Part shown: one piece after another, positions 16,286 through 21,760 of the stretch
Layout of the letters: each line of letters starts with the position of its first letter
Position numbering within the stretch: position 1 is the stretch's first letter
IMG/VR virus record: IMGVR_UViG_3300015242_000001
Source of the DNA: a virus
DNA length: 21,760 bases
Strand: one strand, 5' to 3'
Notes under the pieces: model-generated
What the model was told of the DNA's origin: nothing
Database searches by the model: none
What the model saw: the letters and a program-made list of their open reading frames with translations, nothing else
Translations under genes and position numbers: made by a program

Positions 16286-16730
16286 AGAAGTGAGATACTA
16301 TATTCCGAAAATAAATGAATTTTCAATAGGGTTCAATTACTTAGAGAGATATTGGACAGCATACCCAGAAATTGATAAGTATGAAAACTGGGAAGAAAGC
16401 GTTTTTCCAACAGTAGCATTTAGCATTGAAGGAATAACGGAATCAATAGATAGAAAATTATTGAAAGTAAAATACCTCAATAAAGAAGATCTCGAATCCC
16501 TCAAATGGAAACATACCCATGAAAATGAATTCAAGTATAATATCAAAGAATCTTTTACAAATACCTATTACAAACTGAATTTTACTTTACTGGGTGAAAT
16601 CCCCTGGCTGAGGATAGTACTTGTAATACCTCACAACAAAAATTATTCTCCAGGAAACCAAATATTTGAAGGTAAAGTTAAGAATATCAATGAATTTGAA
16701 AAATTAATGGAACAATTAGGAATAAAATAA
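16278..16730 (+). CDS. Hypothetical phage protein, paralogue of 11661-12080
   Basis: Three shared motif blocks. Confidence 0.8.
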   Translation: MIEEVRYYIPKINEFSIGFNYLERYWTAYPEIDKYENWEESVFPTVAFSIEGITESIDRKLLKVKYLNKEDLESLKWKHTHENEFKYNIKESFTNTYYKLNFTLLGEIPWLRIVLVIPHNKNYSPGNQIFEGKVKNINEFEKLMEQLGIK

Positions 16731-16740
16731 AAACCAACAT

Positions 16741-17028
16741 ATGAGTACATTTAGAATTGTTAAATCCCATAGGCTTAAAAGACATCAGCTTACTCCCGAT
16801 TATACAACATTTGGTTATGTAATTCAGCACTTTCAAGAATTTGTAACCATTACTCAGCCCACATACGCATCACCTACCCTCTCTAATGGATCAAGAGGAA
16901 TGTGGACCGATTATCATCTTGAAAATTATGCTACTTTCAACGAAGCCAAGAATAAATTGGATCAAATACTATCAGTTAAGGAACTTGAAGAACTGAAAGA
17001 AGAAGTAGTTTTTGAAACTAACAGGTAA
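16741..17028 (+). CDS. Hypothetical phage protein
   Basis: ORF track. Confidence 0.7.
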   Translation: MSTFRIVKSHRLKRHQLTPDYTTFGYVIQHFQEFVTITQPTYASPTLSNGSRGMWTDYHLENYATFNEAKNKLDQILSVKELEELKEEVVFETNR

Positions 17029-17060
17029 ATTTTTTATGTTTTGTCCCCTTATAGTTAAAC

Positions 17061-17088
17061 GCCAACTCTTATCTAGGAGTTGGTTTTT
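17061..17088 (+). terminator. Intrinsic terminator
   Basis: GCCAACTCTT-atct-AGGAGTTGGT followed by a T run. Confidence 0.8.
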
Positions 17089-17128
17089 ACATTATATAGC
17101 TAACTATAATAAGATTGATTAGTTTATA

Positions 17129-17160
17129 CTTGTAAAGTATTAGTTTTATTCTTAACTTTA
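17129..17160 (+). promoter_or_regulatory. Promoter CTTG-N20-TAACTTTA for the packaging block
   Basis: Variant -33/-7 elements with canonical spacing, after the terminator. Confidence 0.55.
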
Positions 17161-17207
17161 CTGGTGAAAAGACAAACCAACCTTCATTAAATTGATGAAA
17201 CCCAAGA

Positions 17208-17582
17208 ATGGACGAGAAGGTGCTAGTGCAGAAGATTAAAAAAGAGTACGAGTCCCCTATTGAAATAGCCCTAAAATACTATTCAATAATCCTCAAACTA
17301 AATAATATCCCTATCCCAAACCGGGAACTGGAGCTATTGGCTTTTATAGCCGTAAGAGGTACTATCTCCTCCCCTTCTGCCAGAGATGAATTTATAAAGC
17401 AATTTCAGTCCACTCCAGGTACTATCAATAATATGATCTCCAAACTCAGCAAGTTAAAGTTGATAACCAAAGAGAATAGTAAATATCGTGTAGCATTTCC
17501 TTATAATAAAGTTGACTTTAAAAGCAAGCACTATGTATTCAATATAACGATAAAATTGAAAGGGAATGACACCACAGAATGA
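17208..17582 (+). CDS. Putative winged-helix DNA-binding protein
   Basis: RELELLAFIA...TINNMISKLSKLKLITKE..KYRV pattern. Confidence 0.65.
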   Translation: MDEKVLVQKIKKEYESPIEIALKYYSIILKLNNIPIPNRELELLAFIAVRGTISSPSARDEFIKQFQSTPGTINNMISKLSKLKLITKENSKYRVAFPYNKVDFKSKHYVFNITIKLKGNDTTE

Positions 17583-17928
17583 ATGGAGAGATAAGGTAAT
17601 AAAGGAAACGGCTGAGCAATTAAACCAACCGGAAGATATTGTAGCCATAATTGTAAAAAATCAATGGGTTAAGGCCAAAAAGGCAATAAAGCTAGTGAAT
17701 CAGGTAGACCTACCAGGGTTAGGTAAGTTTTCAGTTAAGATAGGGAAAATAGAAAAGTTACTCCCCAAGTTCGAGTACTTTCTGGCTTCCTTTAAAAGAA
17801 AACAAGCAGCTACAACTGATCCTATGTTATTACACGGAGCTGCAAAGAAAGTGAATGAAATGCAGGAGAATGTAGACAACCTCAAAAATAGACTATCCAA
17901 ACTACAAGCAAGTGAAAATAAATCTTAA
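17566..17928 (+). CDS. HU/IHF-like DNA-binding protein
   Basis: VIKETAEQL...IV...V.LPGLGKFSVK motif. Confidence 0.75.
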   Translation: MTPQNEWRDKVIKETAEQLNQPEDIVAIIVKNQWVKAKKAIKLVNQVDLPGLGKFSVKIGKIEKLLPKFEYFLASFKRKQAATTDPMLLHGAAKKVNEMQENVDNLKNRLSKLQASENKS

Positions 17929-18208
17929 AAATATATTAGAAGGAGCTAAGAACTCCATTTTCATTAAGGAAGCTATTGAAATAGTGTCTAAGGAACGTAT
18001 GAAGATATGTAATGATTGTGAACATGAATCTGACTATGCAAGATTTAGAGGTGAAAAGTTTATGCGACCAGATAATTTCTGCAAAATTTGCAGCTGTAAT
18101 CTACACTGGAAAACTAGATGTCTATCAGAAGAATGTCCACTAAAAAAATGGGAAGCCGAAGTATCTGATGAAGAAGATAAAGCAATACAAGAAAAGTTAA
18201 AAGGCTAA
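17912..18208 (+). CDS. Cys-rich Zn-binding protein
   Basis: ERMKICNDC...CKICSC...CPLKKW; GTG start. Confidence 0.8.
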   Translation: MKINLKNILEGAKNSIFIKEAIEIVSKERMKICNDCEHESDYARFRGEKFMRPDNFCKICSCNLHWKTRCLSEECPLKKWEAEVSDEEDKAIQEKLKG

Positions 18209-18212
18209 TGTC

Positions 18213-18422
18213 ATGACGGCCACCATCAGTAATATCTCAATAGCAGAAATGATGAAACATTTAGAAAAGATGTCTAAACACTATACACATATTAGTATCA
18301 GTGTAGAAGGTTTAGGTGTAAAGGTTTCAACAAAAAGTAAGATAATAATAACTCCTGAGACAATTCAAATAAATACAGAAGACGAAATTGACCCTACTAT
18401 AGACTTATATGATCTATTATAA
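18213..18422 (+). CDS. Hypothetical phage protein
   Basis: ORF track. Confidence 0.65.
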   Translation: MTATISNISIAEMMKHLEKMSKHYTHISISVEGLGVKVSTKSKIIITPETIQINTEDEIDPTIDLYDLL

Positions 18423-18462
18423 CGACATAAAATTCGAGTATTGCGACATATAAGTGTCGTAA

Positions 18463-18762
18463 ATGAAAAACCAACCTATGAAAGAGAAGATTGATTATTA
18501 TGATGAAGTATTAAAATTACTCCAAACCCTAAAGATAGAATACCCCCAGTACGAGATTTCTAAGCATATGGCAACTGCAACTTCAGATTACCAGGATATA
18601 TGGGGTTTGACCGATAGGCAGCTGTATGACCTCCTAGATAAGTACCAATTTGAATTATCCTGTGATTCCAAGCATTTAACCCCAGAGTCAGAGTTGGATA
18701 AGATCATAAAGGAGGGAATGAATTTGAGTAATATTTTAGATGAGGAAGATGAAAATTATTAA
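18463..18762 (+). CDS. Acidic hypothetical phage protein
   Basis: ORF track. Confidence 0.75.
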   Translation: MKNQPMKEKIDYYDEVLKLLQTLKIEYPQYEISKHMATATSDYQDIWGLTDRQLYDLLDKYQFELSCDSKHLTPESELDKIIKEGMNLSNILDEEDENY

Positions 18763-18919
18763 AGATATAATTAGTATCATTCTCTATCTCCCACTTTTTA
18801 TAATAACATTTCCGGTAGAATATTCATTGTGGAAAGCCTATAAAAATGCTGGGTATAAAATGTACCCATATCTAAAGTGGTTTTGGTATCACAACTTCAG
18901 AGATCATATTCACCTATAA
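18749..18919 (+). CDS. Small protein with hydrophobic N-terminus, 56 aa (MKIIKDIISIILYLPLF...)
   Basis: Manual translation; fills the gap. Confidence 0.5.
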   Translation: MKIIKDIISIILYLPLFIITFPVEYSLWKAYKNAGYKMYPYLKWFWYHNFRDHIHL

Positions 18920-18929
18920 TCCATTTAAA

Positions 18930-19124
18930 ATGGAAATCCGAATTGTTAATGTCTGGAGAGCATATGAAAAGTATGCCTATGAAGAGTCTGATTTGGATTT
19001 AGGCCCAAGATTACTTTACAATAAAGGTAAATATCATAGAAGATTATACATAGGAATCATCGGATTTGGAATTTCATTCAGTTGGAGGAAACCCCTAAAA
19101 ATACATAATGGCAAAGAAAAATAA
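18930..19124 (+). CDS. Hypothetical phage protein
   Basis: ORF track. Confidence 0.55.
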   Translation: MEIRIVNVWRAYEKYAYEESDLDLGPRLLYNKGKYHRRLYIGIIGFGISFSWRKPLKIHNGKEK

Positions 19125-19401
19125 TTTCATTACCTATGAAATTGACTGGCTCGATAGGAAGTTCAAAGAATTACAAAAATATGTTGACGATAGACCCTTC
19201 GATAAGTTAAAAGATAGAACTGACTCAGTAGGTAAAGTTATTTCTAAAATAGAAGATCAAATTAGAACCCTAAAAGATATTCTTAAAGATCTTCCATCTA
19301 TGCTCGAAGCATTAAATAACCTAAGAGAGAAAGAAGAAAAGAAGTTAGGGCCAATTAGAGGAGATCAAGCATTGTCCCCATTTGAGTCAGGAGATATTTA
19401 A
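19108..19401 (+). CDS. Helical protein coupled to terL, candidate terminase small subunit
   Basis: TAATG coupling to terL; coiled-coil character; function assigned by position only. Confidence 0.55.
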   Translation: MAKKNNFITYEIDWLDRKFKELQKYVDDRPFDKLKDRTDSVGKVISKIEDQIRTLKDILKDLPSMLEALNNLREKEEKKLGPIRGDQALSPFESGDI

Positions 19402-21760
19402 TGAATCATTACACTCAAGATACTGTCAATATATTTTTCCCAGATCAAGAAGAACCCATCTATGATCCGACAGATCCTATTTCAGATTATCAGTTCAAGG
19501 AATATTGGAAAAGAGAAAGAGATCGGTGTATAAATGGTTTCCATATAGCAGATGGTCAGGTATATATCCCAGGAGAATTATACAACCATTGTGTTTATTG
19601 GAAAATAGCTGCTTATATAGATAATCCAATCTCTGGAAGAAAAAGTCGTAAAATTATAACCCCCATTCTTAGAGATATTGAATGGATGATTTTTAAGGAT
19701 GTAGATACTTGTAGAAGAGATGGTAAGTTTTATAATTTAGTTGGGTCCAGGGATTTCGGAAAAGCCTTAATAAATAGTGCTACACTATATACAACAACGG
19801 GAGAAATAGAAATAGGAAATTCTAAAGTAGGAGATCAAATATATGGTGCTGATGGTAAGCTGACTACTATTACAGGTGTGTATCCTCAAGGCAGTATTGA
19901 TATTTTTAAAATCACTCTCAACGATGGAAGAGTATTGTATTGCTGTGATAATCATATTTGGAAAGTTTGGAATTCAAGAAAAAAGAAATACGAAAATTTA
20001 CCCTTAAATATAATAAGAAAAGATTACCTGCTTCCAAAAAAAGTTTCCTATAAAAATAGAAAAGGCATAGAATATAAATATGCAATACCTAATAATGAGG
20101 CAGTAGAATACAATGACAATGATACAACTCCAATAGATCCTTACTTTCTAGGATTGTGGTTGGGAGATGGTGATAATAGGTATATAAGAATTACAACTGT
20201 TGATCGTGAAATAAAACAATATGTTGAAAAATATGCTGGTTTAAATAACCTTTTAGTTAAAGATTCTGGAAAATATGGGTATAGAATAACTTCTGGTACA
20301 GTCGGCACAAGAAAATATAGAAGAAACCACGTATACACAAAATTCAAAGATTTACAATTAATTCAAAATAAACATATACCAAGTGCTTATTTCTATACAT
20401 CTATTGAAAATAGAATGAACTTATTGAGAGGGTTGATGGATACAGACGGAAGCTGTTCAAAAGACGGAACTGTGGAATTCAGTACATCAAATGTAAAATT
20501 AGCAAAGGATTTTTATAGACTGGTAAGAAGTTTAGGAATAATAGCTACTTGTAAAAAGAGAAAATCAGGTTACAAGAAAAATGGTATTTACATACAAACA
20601 AAAGATTCATATAGATTTACTTTACTTACAGATAAATTGATATTTAAATTAGAGAGGAAACTAAAAAACATTAAGAGCCATAGATCAGAGCGAGTTTCAA
20701 TAGTATCAATAGAAAGTTATGGTAAAGAAAACGCAACTTGTATAACTGTTGATAACAAGGATCAATTATTTTTAACTGACAACTATACAGTTACCCATAA
20801 CTCGATAATAGCTGCTTCATTAGCAGGACACAATTATTCCTTTTTTGATAATTCAGAGTCTGTAATATCAGGGGGGGAATCTTCCTACATAAAACTTGCT
20901 ACAAATAAAATAGAAGACGGGTTAACCAATTATCATCCAGTATTCAAAAAGAATAGGATTTCCTCCGATTGGAAAAAGGAAGTAAGAGCTGGTTGGAAAG
21001 ATAAATCTTCTAATCAACCCAGTGATAAATCCTCCAACTCTGCAATAATTGTCCGAAACTATGAGATGGGGACTAAAACCATGGCCGCAAATGGTACACG
21101 TCCTGGATTTCACCTGATTGATGAAATTGGAACCATCCCCAATCTTATAGGTTGTGTGAAAGATAGTGATGGATGTTGGTGGTCTGGCGGCGGGGATAAG
21201 CCTTCATGCCTTGTAATGCTGGCAGGAACAGGAGGGGACATGGAAGTAGGTCAAGAGGCTGCTGATATATTTTATGCTCCAGATGTATACAATATGTTAG
21301 CATTTGAAGATACTTGGGAAACAGGTAAAAAAATAGGCAGGTTTATTCCTGCTACAATGGCAAAAATGGCTTTTAAAGAGCCAATGAGATTATCTGATTA
21401 TTTGGGGATTGATCATCCAGATCTAGATAAAATTACCATACTGGTATCAAATGAAGAAAAGGCATTTAAAGAATGGTGGGAACCTACTCATGCGAAAGCT
21501 AAAAAAGGTGGAGCAAAAACGCTTACAAAATTCTTAGCTTATTGGCCGTTAAAACCCTCAGATAGTTTCCTTATAATTCAAGCTAATAACTTTAATATAC
21601 ATGCAGCTAGATTTCAACAATCTAGATTGAAGGAAAATAATATAACAGGTTCTTCTGTAGAAATAATAAATGATGGAGAAAAGTTAATACACAAATTCAT
21701 AAATAAACAACCGGTATCCGAATTCCCTATAAAATCAACAGAAAGAGATGGTTGTGTAGT
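19401..21760 (+). CDS. terL: Terminase large subunit (crAss-like), intein-containing, 3' partial
   Basis: Manual translation: YWKRERDRCING, Walker A GSRDFGK|S, Walker B FHLIDEIG, coupling motif GTGGD; open to the window end. Confidence 0.92.
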   Translation, partial: MNHYTQDTVNIFFPDQEEPIYDPTDPISDYQFKEYWKRERDRCINGFHIADGQVYIPGELYNHCVYWKIAAYIDNPISGRKSRKIITPILRDIEWMIFKDVDTCRRDGKFYNLVGSRDFGKALINSATLYTTTGEIEIGNSKVGDQIYGADGKLTTITGVYPQGSIDIFKITLNDGRVLYCCDNHIWKVWNSRKKKYENLPLNIIRKDYLLPKKVSYKNRKGIEYKYAIPNNEAVEYNDNDTTPIDPYFLGLWLGDGDNRYIRITTVDREIKQYVEKYAGLNNLLVKDSGKYGYRITSGTVGTRKYRRNHVYTKFKDLQLIQNKHIPSAYFYTSIENRMNLLRGLMDTDGSCSKDGTVEFSTSNVKLAKDFYRLVRSLGIIATCKKRKSGYKKNGIYIQTKDSYRFTLLTDKLIFKLERKLKNIKSHRSERVSIVSIESYGKENATCITVDNKDQLFLTDNYTVTHNSIIAASLAGHNYSFFDNSESVISGGESSYIKLATNKIEDGLTNYHPVFKKNRISSDWKKEVRAGWKDKSSNQPSDKSSNSAIIVRNYEMGTKTMAANGTRPGFHLIDEIGTIPNLIGCVKDSDGCWWSGGGDKPSCLVMLAGTGGDMEVGQEAADIFYAPDVYNMLAFEDTWETGKKIGRFIPATMAKMAFKEPMRLSDYLGIDHPDLDKITILVSNEEKAFKEWWEPTHAKAKKGGAKTLTKFLAYWPLKPSDSFLIIQANNFNIHAARFQQSRLKENNITGSSVEIINDGEKLIHKFINKQPVSEFPIKSTERDGCV
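19764..20801 (+). mobile_element. Class 3 intein with LAGLIDADG homing endonuclease, 346 aa
   Basis: Starts GK|ALINS and ends VTHN|S; block B HIW, block F TCITV, block G THN; PYFLGLWLGDG and LLRGLMDTDG motifs. Confidence 0.93.

Larger units (their letters stand above)
1..21760. mobile_element. Temperate Bacteroidota phage/prophage segment with crAss-like packaging genes
   Basis: TerL, HU/IHF-like and Zn-finger genes; integrase plus Xis-like gene; many short coupled AT-rich ORFs; Bacteroidota -7 promoter motifs. Confidence 0.9.

Noticed and set aside
2751-21113. Antisense or overlapping track ORFs (e.g. 2751-2948, 5471-5911, 7657-7860, 7857-8084, 9143-9370, 9499-10053, 13246-13488, 20141-20347, 20922-21113)
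   Set aside because: Shadows of better-supported genes
1-21760. Stop-codon reassignment as in some crAss-like phages
   Set aside because: Genes tile tightly and TerL is open in the standard code; no suppressor tRNA seen

Overview
The whole window reads as one contiguous piece of an AT-rich (~30% GC by spot counts) Bacteroidota phage with crAss-like packaging genes. Dense blocks of short hypothetical genes are driven by Bacteroidota-type TAnnTTTG/TAnnTTTA promoters. At the right end is an HU/IHF-like, Zn-finger and terminase block. The terminase large subunit (19401 to window end, missing from the ORF track because it has no stop) carries a 346-aa Ala-initiated class 3 LAGLIDADG intein in its Walker A motif. 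The phage also has a lysogeny module: a tyrosine integrase, a convergent excisionase-like HTH gene, and an apparently intact attP with TATGTCT repeats on both sides of a candidate core. Directly beside attP sits a ~1 kb, ~50% GC host-like cassette with intact ubiX and aroQ. Non-coding features include a ~370-nt GC-rich structured RNA candidate with GNRA-capped hairpins (15305-15680), a second ~230-nt candidate inside a cluster of promoter/terminator-bounded units (3060-4200), and a 1.1 kb gene-free region where a TCATT motif array flips strand (candidate terminus/pac/ori). All calls come from reading the sequence; no searches or folding programs were run.
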